The notes beneath the pieces were generated by a model that saw nothing but the letters and a program-made list of their open reading frames with translations, made no database searches and was not told where the DNA came from. Shown here piece by piece: positions 1-10,039 of a stretch of DNA of 44,280 bases; the stretch's first letter is position 1, and every line of letters begins with the position of its first letter. Source of the DNA: Deltaproteobacteria bacterium (GTDB taxonomy: Bacteria > Myxococcota_A > UBA9042 > DTJE01); NCBI GenBank assembly GCA_037442805.1, contig JBBIPO010000008.1:1-44280 (forward strand). Direction: 5' to 3'. A program made the translations under genes and the position numbers.

Positions 1-13
1 GATCGGAAGGCAT
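1..13 (-). CDS. 5' end of a CDS running off the left edge (MPSD...)
   Basis: The minus strand reads GGAGG-gtacggcc-ATG CCT TCC GAT. Only 4 codons are visible, so the product is unknown. Confidence 0.35.
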
Positions 14-86
14 GGCCGTACCCTCCATGGCCGCAGGAAGTACACCAGGGCTTGAACCCTGTCCACCAAGATCCACCCGTTTTTCC

Positions 87-115
87 TTGACAAGGCGTCA
101 AAGGTCTTCTATAAG
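87..115 (+). promoter_or_regulatory. sigma70-type promoter for pal-cpoB
   Basis: TTGACA (87-92), 17-bp spacer, TATAAG (110-115). The -35 is part of an inverted repeat TTGAC-N5-GTCAA (87-101). Confidence 0.7.
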
Positions 116-172
116 TCGCGCGTTCATTGCGGTTTGAGGGTTCTGCCCGAACGGTCAACAAGGAGGTGTCTC

Positions 173-949
173 ATGAAGTTCGGCAGGTTGCTGGCGTCGG
201 TGCTGGGGGGGCTGGGGCTGCTGGTCGTTGCCGGGTGCGGTCCGAAGTACCCCAACTGCGAGAAGGACGAGCACTGCAAGGAGCACAACGAGTACTGTGT
301 GATGGGCCTGTGCCGCGAATGCGCCCGCACGGAGCACTGCACGGCGAAGGGCCCGTGCGTCTATTGCGGCCCCGAATACACGTGCGTCAAGCCTCAGGGC
401 AACCCCGGTGACTGCTGCATGTCCGACCTGGATTGCAAGCAGGGCAAGTGCTGGAAACTGGCGGGCCGCGAGGCAGGGACCTGCGCCCAGTGCGGCTCGG
501 ACGCGGACTGCGGCGCCAACATGAAGTGCGTGCAGGGGTCGTGCGTGCCGCAGGGCGAGTGCGACGCGAGCCGGCCCTGCCCGCCCGGCCAGGTGTGCGA
601 GAACGGGGTCTGCGTGGCGGTTCAGTGCAACCTGGACCCGGTGTATTTCGATTTCGACGAGTACGCGATCCGCGCGGACGCCCGCGACACCCTGAACCGC
701 GACTACAACTGCCTGAAGCAGCGCGGCCAGGGCATCGTGATCGAGGGCAACTGCGACGCCCGCGGTTCCGACGAGTACAACCTCGCGCTCGGGACGCGCC
801 GCGCCGAGGCGGTCAAGAAGTTCCTCCAGAACCTCGGGTTCGGCGGCTCGATGACGACGACCTCCTTCGGCGAGGAGAAGGCGAACCAGAACTGCTCGGA
901 CGAGGGGTGCTGGCAGAATGACCGCCGGGCGGACCTGAAGTTCCGGTGA
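173..949 (+). CDS. pal: Pal/OmpA-family peptidoglycan-associated lipoprotein with a Cys-rich repeat linker
   Basis: AGGAGG SD before ATG 173; lipobox VVAG-C; C-terminal OmpA_C motifs VYFDFD, IEGNCDARGSDEYNLALGTRRA, SFGEE, NDRRA; followed by a cpoB-like gene. Confidence 0.9.
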   Translation: MKFGRLLASVLGGLGLLVVAGCGPKYPNCEKDEHCKEHNEYCVMGLCRECARTEHCTAKGPCVYCGPEYTCVKPQGNPGDCCMSDLDCKQGKCWKLAGREAGTCAQCGSDADCGANMKCVQGSCVPQGECDASRPCPPGQVCENGVCVAVQCNLDPVYFDFDEYAIRADARDTLNRDYNCLKQRGQGIVIEGNCDARGSDEYNLALGTRRAEAVKKFLQNLGFGGSMTTTSFGEEKANQNCSDEGCWQNDRRADLKFR

Positions 950-974
950 GCCGGGGCCGGATCGCTGGAGCCTC

Positions 975-1751
975 ATGCCCGTTTCCTCTCGATTCCTCCC
1001 GATCGTCTGTCTCGGTCTCGCGGCGTGCGTGACCATCCCCCGGTTCCGCGAGGTCGAGGACCGCGTGGCGGCCCTCGAGAAGCGAAACGCGGAACTCGAG
1101 CAGGAGCAGCGTCGCGACCAGGAACGGATGCAGCGGTTGCACCGGGACCTCCAGGAGGCGACCGAGGCCCTGCGCGCGGCCACCGCCAACCAGGGCGCGG
1201 ACGTGGAGGGGGTCAAGGGCGAGGTCGCGCGCCTGAAGGGCTCGGACGAGGAGATGAACTACCGCCTGTCCCGGCTCCAGGAGGACATGGACCTCGTCAA
1301 GAAGACGCTCGAAGAGAAACTCGGGATGGTGGTCGTGCGCCTGCCGCCTGGGGTTGGCAACGACCCGGACTCGTGGTTCAAGGCAGGGAAGGCGGCCCTG
1401 GACCGGGGGGACACGAGGACCGCGCGGGGGCTGTTCCAGCGCCTCCTGGACCAGAACCCGGACCATGCGAGGGCCCCGGAGGCCCAGTACGGGATGGGCG
1501 AGGCCTACTTCCGCGACGGGATGCTGCCCCAGGCCATCCGCGAGTACCAGCGGGTCCACGACCGCTACCGGACCGTGAAGGACGCCCCGGTCGGGGCCGC
1601 ACTCCTGCGCATCGCCGAGTGCCTCCAGAAGCGAGGCGAATGCGCCAAGGCCCGCGACGTCCTGCGCTACCTCGTGGACCTCGCCCGCAAATCGCCCGAG
1701 GCCCAGGAGGCCCGCAAGCGCCTCAAGGCCCTGCCCAAGGACTGCAAGTGA
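975..1751 (+). CDS. cpoB: Tol-Pal-associated coiled-coil/TPR protein (CpoB/YbgF-like), lipoprotein
   Basis: Lipobox LAA-C, N-terminal coiled coil, TPR motifs (NPDHARAPEAQYGMGEAYF; ALLRIAECL); directly downstream of pal. Confidence 0.8.
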   Translation: MPVSSRFLPIVCLGLAACVTIPRFREVEDRVAALEKRNAELEQEQRRDQERMQRLHRDLQEATEALRAATANQGADVEGVKGEVARLKGSDEEMNYRLSRLQEDMDLVKKTLEEKLGMVVVRLPPGVGNDPDSWFKAGKAALDRGDTRTARGLFQRLLDQNPDHARAPEAQYGMGEAYFRDGMLPQAIREYQRVHDRYRTVKDAPVGAALLRIAECLQKRGECAKARDVLRYLVDLARKSPEAQEARKRLKALPKDCK

Positions 1752-1769
1752 CCGGGGGTCGGTCCCCGG
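1752..1769. terminator. GC hairpin between convergent genes
   Basis: CCGGGGG-TCGG-TCCCCGG, a 7-bp stem with no U-tract. Confidence 0.3.
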
Positions 1770-1773
1770 AGGG

Positions 1774-2562
1774 TCATGGGGACCGGGGCGGTTCGCCGTC
1801 GAGCCGCCGGGCGATGGCCGTGACCCGGTAGATAGCGGTCAGGACGGACAACAGCGCCACGAACGCGACCACCAGGGCCAGGACCCCCCCCACGTCTGCA
1901 AGGGGCCCGAGGTCCACCTGCCACCGGATCAACGGGTCCAGGATGGCCCCGGCCGCCAGATAGACGATCCGCTCCGGCCGCTGCATGAAGCCGCGGTTGA
2001 AGTCCACCCCGAGCGAGTGGCCCCTCGCCCGCGCGTAACTGACCATGACGGACCCGCCAAGACCGGCGAGGGCCGCGTACAGGAACGGCCCGTCACGCAG
2101 GTAGCCGCACAACCCGATGAAGACGAGGATCTCCCCGGCCCGGTCCAGGGTCGAGTCGAGAAAGGCGCCCCTGGGACTGGCCCGCTGGGTTTCCCGGGCG
2201 AGGCGACCGTCCAGGGAGTCGCAGGCCCCGGACAACAGCAAGACGAAGCCGGCATACGCGGTCTGCGCGGTCGCGAACAGGACTGCCGACAGAAACGCGA
2301 AGACGAGGGAAAGATAGGTCAGTGCGTCCGGGTGCCAGCGGTGCCGGACCAGGAAGGCCACGATGGGCCGAGCCCAGTGGTACCACCACTGGCGGAACAG
2401 GTAGTGCAGGAGGAAGGAATGGTCGCGGGGCGACGGGTCCTTCGGGACCTGGAGGTGCCGGTGGCGCACCCGGAACAGCGCGACCGAGACCGCGACATAC
2501 CCCATGAGGGCCAGGACGAAGGCCACCATCACCATCGCCGCGGTCCGCTGGGTCTCCTGCAT
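1774..2562 (-). CDS. CDP-alcohol phosphatidyltransferase (PgsA/PIP-synthase-like)
   Basis: Family signature DSLDGRLAR...GAFLDSTLDR; SYARAR and RPER motifs; several TM helices. Confidence 0.9.
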   Translation of the reverse strand: MQETQRTAAMVMVAFVLALMGYVAVSVALFRVRHRHLQVPKDPSPRDHSFLLHYLFRQWWYHWARPIVAFLVRHRWHPDALTYLSLVFAFLSAVLFATAQTAYAGFVLLLSGACDSLDGRLARETQRASPRGAFLDSTLDRAGEILVFIGLCGYLRDGPFLYAALAGLGGSVMVSYARARGHSLGVDFNRGFMQRPERIVYLAAGAILDPLIRWQVDLGPLADVGGVLALVVAFVALLSVLTAIYRVTAIARRLDGEPPRSP

Positions 2563-2626
2563 GAGGCACCGACCGCTTGGAAACCGCGGCGATTGTGGAA
2601 CCGCGGCGGCGCGTTGTCAAACGTCG

Positions 2627-2635
2627 TGCTACACT
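2627..2635 (+). promoter_or_regulatory. extended -10 element
   Basis: TG-C-TACACT about 43 bp upstream of the probable TTG start at 2678. Confidence 0.4.
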
Positions 2636-2677
2636 ACGGCCTCGCGCCCCGGGTGCTTGCGGGCCAGGGACGAATCG

Positions 2678-5311
2678 TTGGAACCGATCGTCGTCAAGCC
2701 AGCGCCGGGCCAGGACCGGAAAACCTGGGCCCGACGCATCGTCCTCGTCGCGGCTGCCCTGGTCGCGGCCGGTGTGGTGGCGTCCCTCGTGGGTCCTCCG
2801 CTGCTCGCATGGGCGGCGAGGGCCGTGGTCGAGAAGAAACTCGTCGAGGTCGCCCGTTCCCTGGGCCGAGAGGTCACGCTGCGCGGCGTCTCGTCCGGCC
2901 TGTCCGATGCCCTGGTCCTGGACGGGGTCGAGGTCCGTTCCCGCGATGGCCGACACGCGACCTTGTCGGTCGAGCGGGTCACCCTGGACTTCTCGCCGTG
3001 GGACGCGATGTGGGGACGGCGCGCGCCCTCGCGCGTGGAGGCCACGGGGACGCGGGTCACCCTCCTGCTGGAGGGAGGACGACCCCAAGACGCCTTGGAC
3101 CTGGTCCGGGGACTTCGAGCGCATCTGGCCCGGCCTTCGAGTGCGCGGAGAACCGGGGCGGATGCGGACGCGATCCCGCCCCTGCCGGAACTGCATGTCA
3201 CCGGCGAGGTCGCGGTCCTGAACGGCGACGAGGCGGAACCGGCGGTCCGATTCCTGGATGCGGACCTGGTCGTCCGCCGCGCGAGCGACACGCTCGAAGC
3301 GCGATTCGGGGCCCGGGTCGTCGGACTGGGGTCCGAACCCTCGCGGATCGTGGGTGCGGTGGCGGCACGGTCGCGGCGCGACTTCGATCTGGAGGTCCGG
3401 GCCGGCAGCCCCCTGGAACCCACCGCCCTGACGCGTGACCTCCTCCCGGTCGCGGTGCGGGGGAAGGGGGTCTTTGTGTCCTCGACCCCGCGCCAGACCG
3501 AGGTCCGGCTGGAAGGGGTGGAGATTCCCGAGTTGGCCTCGTTGCAGGGGGTGCCCGTCGTCGGCCGGTTCCTGTCCCACGCGGGTCTCGTGTCCGCGGG
3601 CGAGGTCCGCGCGACCTTTGGCGGCGACGCGGTATTCCTCGCGCGGTCCGGTGGGCCCGGGATCGTGCGCGCCTTGCGGTCGGTTGCGCTGCGTGACGGG
3701 TCGGCCCATCTCGTCCCGGCGACGCCTGGCCTCGGTCCCCTGCGCCTGCGGGGGCTGAACGCCACCCTTCACCGGGACGGGAGCGGGACCACGACGCTGC
3801 GCCTGGACGGGGAGGCGACGGCCGGGCGCATGGGGTTCAGTCGTGTCGAGGGTCAGGCCCGGCTCGACCCGGGCGGCCAGGTCGAGGAGGTCCGGCTGTC
3901 CCTCGTCGGTCCCATCCTGGTCGAGATGGTCTCCGCCATCCATCCGAGGCTCTTGCCGTGGCCAGGCGCGCGGGCAGACCTGACCGTGCTCGCGCGGCGG
4001 GATGGACCACGCTGGGGGGTGACGGGGCACGTGGCGGGCCGGGGACTCACCTACTTCTGGACCAAGGTCTGTCTGGTCCCTGTCACGGACCTGGGATTCG
4101 ACGCGGAGGTGCGGGCCCAGGTGGATTTCGCGGCGGGCGAGGTCTCGGCCCGACTGGACCCATTGCAAGTCGGGCCGGCGCGAATGGCGGTGGACTTCAC
4201 GGTCACCGGCCTGCGCCGCACCCCCCGGTTCGAGGTGGGGCTGACCTTGCCGCGGCAGCCCTGCGACGAGGTGGCCCGGGCGATCCCGCGCGTCCTGATC
4301 CCGCGGCTGGACGGGGCGCGGTTCGAGGGGATGATCGGTCTTCAGGCGCGGTTCGTGGCCGATTTAGAGCGGCCCGAACGCTCTAGCCTGACTGTCGTCC
4401 CGGACGTCGAAGAATGCAGGGCACTGAACCTGGGGCCGCTCGTGGACGTGGAGCGCCTGAATTCCGACCGTTTCATTTTTGAAATAAACGAAAAAGATTA
4501 TGATAAGAAAATCCTGGTCGGCCCTGGCACGAAGGAGTACGTGCCCATCGAGGACATCCCGGTGGTGGTTCAGCAGGCGGCCCTGGCCACGGAGGACATG
4601 GCCTTCTTCCGGCATCAGGGGTTCCGGATCGGGCTCATCAACCGGGCGATCAAACTGAACCTGGGCGAGGGCTGGTACGTCTATGGGGGCAGCACCATCT
4701 CGCAGCAACTGGTCAAGAACCTATTCCTGTCGCGCGAGAAGACCCTTGCCCGCAAACTGGAGGAGGCGATCATCGTCTGGGAGATGGAGCGCCGGGTCGA
4801 GAAGGAGCGCATCCTGGAGCTGTATCTGAACTGCATCGAGTTCGGGCGGCACGTCTACGGGATCCGGGCCGCGGCTCGAACGTACTTCGGAAAGGAGGTT
4901 CAGGACCTGACTCCCATGGACGCCGCGTTCATCATGGCCACCAAGCCCGGGCCCCGGTACGCGCACAAGGTGTATGAAAGTCGCTCGTTCAACGAGTGGT
5001 GGGTCCAGCGGATGAAGGGCATTCTCGATCGCCTGTGGCGCGAGATGCACGTGATTGACGAGCGCGCGGCCCACACCCCCGACCCCTGTCCACCCGGGGG
5101 TCCGCGTGGGCGCTACCTGGTGCCCTGCTTCTACTACCCGGAAGACGGCACCTACGCCCAGCCCGCGGTCGCGCCCGGGACCGAGGTCCCCCCCGGCATG
5201 CCCGAGAACCTCCCGGGCGGCGAGGGTCCTGCCCCAGCCCCGACCGCCCCGGAGGCCACGCCCGCTACCCCTGCAACTCCACGTCCCGATGTCGGGCCTG
5301 GAAGGCGGTGA
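2678..5311 (+). CDS. large monofunctional peptidoglycan transglycosylase (GT51) with N-terminal TM anchor and a long beta-rich (AsmA-like) region
   Basis: GT51 motifs [41 protein letters not shown]; no transpeptidase domain follows. Start uncertain (TTG 2678 chosen). Confidence 0.85.
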   Translation: MEPIVVKPAPGQDRKTWARRIVLVAAALVAAGVVASLVGPPLLAWAARAVVEKKLVEVARSLGREVTLRGVSSGLSDALVLDGVEVRSRDGRHATLSVERVTLDFSPWDAMWGRRAPSRVEATGTRVTLLLEGGRPQDALDLVRGLRAHLARPSSARRTGADADAIPPLPELHVTGEVAVLNGDEAEPAVRFLDADLVVRRASDTLEARFGARVVGLGSEPSRIVGAVAARSRRDFDLEVRAGSPLEPTALTRDLLPVAVRGKGVFVSSTPRQTEVRLEGVEIPELASLQGVPVVGRFLSHAGLVSAGEVRATFGGDAVFLARSGGPGIVRALRSVALRDGSAHLVPATPGLGPLRLRGLNATLHRDGSGTTTLRLDGEATAGRMGFSRVEGQARLDPGGQVEEVRLSLVGPILVEMVSAIHPRLLPWPGARADLTVLARRDGPRWGVTGHVAGRGLTYFWTKVCLVPVTDLGFDAEVRAQVDFAAGEVSARLDPLQVGPARMAVDFTVTGLRRTPRFEVGLTLPRQPCDEVARAIPRVLIPRLDGARFEGMIGLQARFVADLERPERSSLTVVPDVEECRALNLGPLVDVERLNSDRFIFEINEKDYDKKILVGPGTKEYVPIEDIPVVVQQAALATEDMAFFRHQGFRIGLINRAIKLNLGEGWYVYGGSTISQQLVKNLFLSREKTLARKLEEAIIVWEMERRVEKERILELYLNCIEFGRHVYGIRAAARTYFGKEVQDLTPMDAAFIMATKPGPRYAHKVYESRSFNEWWVQRMKGILDRLWREMHVIDERAAHTPDPCPPGGPRGRYLVPCFYYPEDGTYAQPAVAPGTEVPPGMPENLPGGEGPAPAPTAPEATPATPATPRPDVGPGRR

Positions 5312-7538
5312 AGGCAGCGAGGTTGACGATGGCGTCCACATCGGACCCGTGCTGGAGGACGTTGACCGGCCGGTCGAGGCCGATCACGATGGGGCCGATC
5401 ACCGTGGCCCCGCCGAGCCTCGCCAGCAGTTTGTAGCCGATGTTCCCGGCCTCGAGGCTCGGGAAGATGAACACGTTGGCTGGCCCTTTCAGTTCGCAGA
5501 AGGGATAGACCTGGGCCGCGAGGTCCGGGTCCGTGGCCACGTCCACCTGCATCTCGCCGTCCACCATCAGGCCCGGCATGATCTCCTTGGCGAGTCTGGT
5601 GGCCTGGCGCACGCGCGCGGTCTGCGGACAGGGGCTGGATCCGAAGTTCGCGAAGGACAGCATGGCGACGCGCGGCTCGAGCCCCAGGGTGCGCGCGAAT
5701 CGCGCCGTGCCCACCGCGATGCGGGCCAGTTGCTCCGCGGTTGGCTCGATGACGACCGTCGTGTCCGCAAACAGCAGGATGTCGGACTTCACCAGGACCA
5801 GATAGACGCCGAAGACCGGCTCCCCGGCCGCGGCCGGTCCGATGATCTGGAGCGCGGGGCGCATGCTCTCCGCATAGTGCATGGTGCGGCCCGCCACGAC
5901 GCCGTCCGCGTGGCCCTCGCGCAGCATCATCAGGGCGAAGTTCACGGGGTTCAGCATGGCGATGCGGGCCACGGACATCGTGACCCCGCGCCGGCGCCGG
6001 CGCTCGAAGTAGGCGCGGACGTACTGGTCGAAGTAGGGGGACTCGATGGGGTCCAGGACGATCACGCCGTTCAGGTCCAGCTCTTGCTGGCGCTGGACCT
6101 CGGCGATGCGCTCGGGGCGACCGATCAAGATCGGGGTCGCGACCTTGTCGTCGAGCAATCTCTGGGCCGCGCGCAACACGTGCGGGTCGTCGCCCTCGGG
6201 GAACACGATGCGGCTCGGGGCCTCTTTGGCGGCCGTGAAGATCTTTCGCATCACGGTCGAGGACGGGTTGATGCGGCGCTCGAGTTCCGCGCGGTAGGCC
6301 TCCCAGTCGGTGATGGGGCGGCGCGCTACGCCCGTCTCGCACGCGGCCCGGGCCACGGCCGGGGCCTCCCACAGGAGCACGCGGTAATCGAAGGGTTTGG
6401 GGATGATGTAGTCGCGCCCGAAGTGGAAGCGCTGGCCGCCGTAGGCCTTCGCCACCTGGTCCGGGACCTCCTCGCGCGCCAGGGCCGCGAGCGCCCGGGT
6501 CGCGGCCTTCTTCATCTCCTCGTTGATGGCGCGGGCGCGCACGTCCAGGGCTCCGCGGAAGATGAATGGGAACCCGAGCACGTTGTTGACCTGGTTCGGG
6601 TAGTCGGACCGACCGGTCGCCATGATGACGTCGGGGCGCGCGGCCTTGGCGTCGTCGTATGTGATTTCGGGGTCCGGGTTCGCCATGGCGAACAGGATGG
6701 GGTCGCGGGCCATCGCCTGGACCATCTTCGGGGTGACCATCCCCTTGACGGACAGGCCCACGAACACATCCGCGCCCTCCATGGCGTCCGCCAGGGTGCG
6801 CGCCGCGGTCTTGCGCACGAATCGGGCCTTGTACGGGTTCATCCCCTCCTCGCGGCCCTCGTACAGGACTCCCTTGGAATCCACCATCAGGACGTTGGCG
6901 GGGTCCAGGCCGAACGAGATGAAGTGATTGGTGCAGGCGATGGCCGCGGCCCCGGCCCCGCACACGACCAGGCGGACCTTCGAGATGTCCTTGCCCACGA
7001 TCTCGAGAGCGTTCAAAAGCCCGGCCGCCGAGATGATGGCCGTGCCGTGCTGGTCGTCGTGGAAGACCGGGATGTCCAGGAGTTCCTTGAGTTTCTCCTC
7101 GATGTAGAAGCACTCGGGCGCCTTGATGTCTTCGAGGTTGATCCCGCCGAAGGTCGGGGCGATGGCCCGAACGACCTGGATGACGACATCCGGGTCGTGC
7201 GAGTTCACCTCGATATCGAAGACGTCCACGTCCGCGAACCGCTTGAACAGGACACCCTTGCCTTCCATGACCGGCTTGCCGGCCAGGGCCCCGATGTCCC
7301 CGAGCCCCAGGACCGCAGTCCCGTTCGACACCACGGCCACCAGATTGCCCTTTCCCGTGTACACGTAGGCGTCCTCGGGGTTCTTCTGGATGGCGAGGCA
7401 CGGCTCGGCCACACCCGGGGTATAGGCCATGGAGAGGTCGTAGGACGTGACGCACGGCTTGCTCGGGATGACCTCGAGTTTCCCGGGCCGCCACCGGCTG
7501 TGGTATTCGAGTGCGTCTTCCCGTCGGATCTTGCGCAT
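5265..7538 (-). CDS. maeB: NADP-dependent malic enzyme with C-terminal phosphotransacetylase-like domain
   Basis: [71 protein letters not shown]; GGAGG SD before ATG 7538. Confidence 0.97.
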   Translation of the reverse strand: MRKIRREDALEYHSRWRPGKLEVIPSKPCVTSYDLSMAYTPGVAEPCLAIQKNPEDAYVYTGKGNLVAVVSNGTAVLGLGDIGALAGKPVMEGKGVLFKRFADVDVFDIEVNSHDPDVVIQVVRAIAPTFGGINLEDIKAPECFYIEEKLKELLDIPVFHDDQHGTAIISAAGLLNALEIVGKDISKVRLVVCGAGAAAIACTNHFISFGLDPANVLMVDSKGVLYEGREEGMNPYKARFVRKTAARTLADAMEGADVFVGLSVKGMVTPKMVQAMARDPILFAMANPDPEITYDDAKAARPDVIMATGRSDYPNQVNNVLGFPFIFRGALDVRARAINEEMKKAATRALAALAREEVPDQVAKAYGGQRFHFGRDYIIPKPFDYRVLLWEAPAVARAACETGVARRPITDWEAYRAELERRINPSSTVMRKIFTAAKEAPSRIVFPEGDDPHVLRAAQRLLDDKVATPILIGRPERIAEVQRQQELDLNGVIVLDPIESPYFDQYVRAYFERRRRRGVTMSVARIAMLNPVNFALMMLREGHADGVVAGRTMHYAESMRPALQIIGPAAAGEPVFGVYLVLVKSDILLFADTTVVIEPTAEQLARIAVGTARFARTLGLEPRVAMLSFANFGSSPCPQTARVRQATRLAKEIMPGLMVDGEMQVDVATDPDLAAQVYPFCELKGPANVFIFPSLEAGNIGYKLLARLGGATVIGPIVIGLDRPVNVLQHGSDVDAIVNLAAFTAFQARHRDVELQG

Positions 7539-7691
7539 CGCGACACCTCCTGGCAGTAGACAGGTCCCGGCGAGCGACGACCACCTGCGACCTCGCCGAC
7601 ACCATGCGCTTCCTCTATCGCCCTGCGGGGAGGCAGTCAAGGCAAACCGGACACGACGTTGTCAACGGGCCGGAATTCGAATCCCCGCCCG

Positions 7692-9551
7692 TCACGCCGC
7701 GTCGGAACGACCCCGGTCCGACACCGCCAGAATGAGGGCCGCGAGGGCCGCGGGGGTCACTCCCTCCAGGCGAGAGGCGGCCCCGAGAGTCGCGGGACGC
7801 AGGGACGACAGGCGTTCGCGCACTTCCAGGGACAGCCCCGCAATCCGGTCGTAGTCCAGGTCCTCGGGCAGGGCCACGGCCTCGGCCTTGTGAAAGCGCT
7901 CGACCTCGCGGCGGGCGTGCTCGAGATACCCCTCGAATCGCACGCGCAAGGTCAGGGCCTCGCGTTCCCCGGGCGCAAGCGCCTGCACCGCCCCGGTCGG
8001 GTCCAGCGGAGCCAGGGCCTCGAGCCCGATCTCGGGGCGCCGCAGCAGGTCGAGCAGGGTGCGGCCTTCCCTCGGCAACGCCAGGGCCAGTCCGACGGCT
8101 GCCGCCTGTGCGGGCGAGACCCGGATCCTCGCCAGGGCCTCGGTCGCCCGCTCGATGCGCTGCCTGCGCGCCTCCAGGGACGCGCGCTCCGCCTCGCCGA
8201 GCAACCCGACCCGCTCCGCGACCGGCCCCAGCCGTTCATGGGCGTTGTCCTCGCGCAGGTGCAGGCGGAACTCGGCCCGCGACGTGAACATCCGGTAGGG
8301 CTCGGTGACCCCGCGCGTGACCAGGTCGTCCACCATGACCCCGAGGTACGCGTCTGCACGTGTCAACGTCACGGGGGGCTCGCCCCGCGCCCGCAAAGCC
8401 GCGTTCGCCCCGGCGAGCAGCCCGAGGGCCGCGGCCTCTTCGTAGCCCGTGGTCCCGAGGACCTGACCGGCCAAATACAGCCCCCGCACCCGGCGCGCCT
8501 GCAAGTCCGGCCCGACCTCGCGCGGGTCCACGAAGTCGTATTCCACGGCGTACCCCGGCCGCGTGACCTCGGCGCGCCGCAACCCCGGGATGGTGCGCAC
8601 GTAGGCGACCTGCACGTCTTGTGGAAGGCTTGTCGAAAGACCATTTGGATAAACTTCATCTGAATCGAGGCCTTCTGGCTCGATGAACACACGGTGCCGG
8701 TCGTGGTGGGCAAAGCGAACGACCTTGTCCTCGATGGAGGGGCAGTAACGCGGCCCCCGCCCCTGGATGCGCCCGGTGAACAGGGGGGCCCGGTGCAGGT
8801 TCGCGCGGATGACCGCGTGCGTGTCCTCGTTCGTATGGGTGATGTGGCAGGGCCGGCGCGGCAAAGACTCGCCGCTCGGCCACAGGGAAAACGGGCCTGC
8901 GCTCGGGTCGTCCGGTTGCAGGGTCATCTCGTCGTAGTCGAGCGACGACGCGAGGAGCCTCGGGGGCGTGCCGGTCTTGAGCCGCCCCACTGGGAATCCG
9001 AGCGCGCGCAGGGAAGCCGACAGGCCACGGGACGGCGGTTCCCCCAGACGTCCACCGGGTCGCGTGTCATCGCCGAAGTGCAAGAGCCCATCCAGGAAGG
9101 TCCCGGTGGTCAGGACCACGCAGCGTGCCTCGACGTCCGTCCCGTCCGCCAGGCGCGCCCCCGCGACCTCGCCGTGCCGGGCCAGGAGCGCGCGGACCTC
9201 GCCCTCGATCACGCGCAGGCCCGGGAGCGAGCCAACCACGCGCTGGAGCCGGGCCTCGTAGCGCTTCCGGTCGCACTGGGCGCGCGTCGCGCGCACCGCG
9301 GGGCCCTTCCGGGTGTTCAGGCGACGGAACTGCAAGGCGGTCGCGTCCGCGTTGCGCGCCATCTCGCCGCCCAGGGCGTCCACCTCGCGCACGAGGTGAC
9401 CCTTCCCGATCCCCCCGATCGCGGGGTTGCAGGACATGCGGCCAATGGCGTCGCGCCGCAGGGTCACTAGCACGACCTCGACACCGAGCCGGGCGGCGGC
9501 GAGTGCCGCCTCGACCCCCGCGTGACCGCCCCCGATCACCAGCACGTCCAC
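7692..9551 (-). CDS. mnmG: tRNA uridine 5-carboxymethylaminomethyl modification enzyme MnmG/GidA
   Basis: [67 protein letters not shown]; GGAG SD before GTG 9551 gives about 619 aa. Confidence 0.97.
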   Translation of the reverse strand: MDVLVIGGGHAGVEAALAAARLGVEVVLVTLRRDAIGRMSCNPAIGGIGKGHLVREVDALGGEMARNADATALQFRRLNTRKGPAVRATRAQCDRKRYEARLQRVVGSLPGLRVIEGEVRALLARHGEVAGARLADGTDVEARCVVLTTGTFLDGLLHFGDDTRPGGRLGEPPSRGLSASLRALGFPVGRLKTGTPPRLLASSLDYDEMTLQPDDPSAGPFSLWPSGESLPRRPCHITHTNEDTHAVIRANLHRAPLFTGRIQGRGPRYCPSIEDKVVRFAHHDRHRVFIEPEGLDSDEVYPNGLSTSLPQDVQVAYVRTIPGLRRAEVTRPGYAVEYDFVDPREVGPDLQARRVRGLYLAGQVLGTTGYEEAAALGLLAGANAALRARGEPPVTLTRADAYLGVMVDDLVTRGVTEPYRMFTSRAEFRLHLREDNAHERLGPVAERVGLLGEAERASLEARRQRIERATEALARIRVSPAQAAAVGLALALPREGRTLLDLLRRPEIGLEALAPLDPTGAVQALAPGEREALTLRVRFEGYLEHARREVERFHKAEAVALPEDLDYDRIAGLSLEVRERLSSLRPATLGAASRLEGVTPAALAALILAVSDRGRSDAA

Positions 9552-9636
9552 GGCATCTTCTCCACGTCGCCGATCATGGCCTGGCAGGGACCCGGCCAGG
9601 ATGAGCGGCCTCCGCGTTTCCGGCCGCGTCGTAAGG

Positions 9637-9664
9637 ATTCTACAGTCAGGCCGCGGCCGCGCAA
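9637..9664 (-). promoter_or_regulatory. putative sigma70 promoter for mnmG
   Basis: The minus strand reads TTGCGC, 16-bp spacer, TAGAAT. Confidence 0.45.
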
Positions 9665-9773
9665 GCGCCAGCATCGCGAAACCCCTTCCCAAAGAACTCG
9701 ACCCGACGATAACCCCGTCCAATGTTCCCTGTACCCGGGGAGTAGGAACAGGGGTGCGGCACGTGCGGGAGCT

Positions 9774-9953
9774 CCCGGGTCGGGCCTCCGGCATCCGGGG
9801 CCCGGGATCCGGGGTCCGGGGTCGGGGGTCCGGGGTCCGGCAGGGACTCCGTGGGGGACACGGACTTCGACACGGACACGGACACGGCCACCGACACCGT
9901 CACGGTCACGGTCACCGACACGGTCACCGTCCCCCGTCACGGTCCCGGTTTCC
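9774..9953 (-). repeat. bipartite tandem-repeat element, copy 1 (about 10 heptamers plus about 16 hexamers)
   Basis: On + strand: (CCGGGGT)-like units 9774-9843, junction CCGGCAGGGACTCC, then G[A/T/C]CAC[G/C] units 9857-9953. It is the reverse complement of copies 2 and 3. Confidence 0.9.
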
Positions 9954-10039
9954 GTGAGGACCACGGGCGTTCCTTACTCCTTGACCGCGCCGAGAGGGTT
10001 CGATAGACAGACACGGGCCCGGTGGGTGAGAGGTGCCAC

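Noticed and set aside
46-62. tRNA T-arm-like CAGGGTTCAAGCCCTG on the minus strand
   Set aside because: It is only a 5-bp hairpin with a 6-nt loop and no cloverleaf context.
5265-5311. 3' overlaps of convergent genes (also 12885-12898 and 17888-17925)
   Set aside because: Short tail overlaps are common in compact high-GC genomes, and there is no sign of dual-coding function.
7665-7700. tRNA-like TTCGAATCCCC
   Set aside because: The T-stem does not pair, and no acceptor, D or anticodon arms can be built.
9774-9953. Repeat arrays as CRISPR
   Set aside because: The units are contiguous 6-7 bp repeats with no unique spacers, and there are no cas genes in the window.
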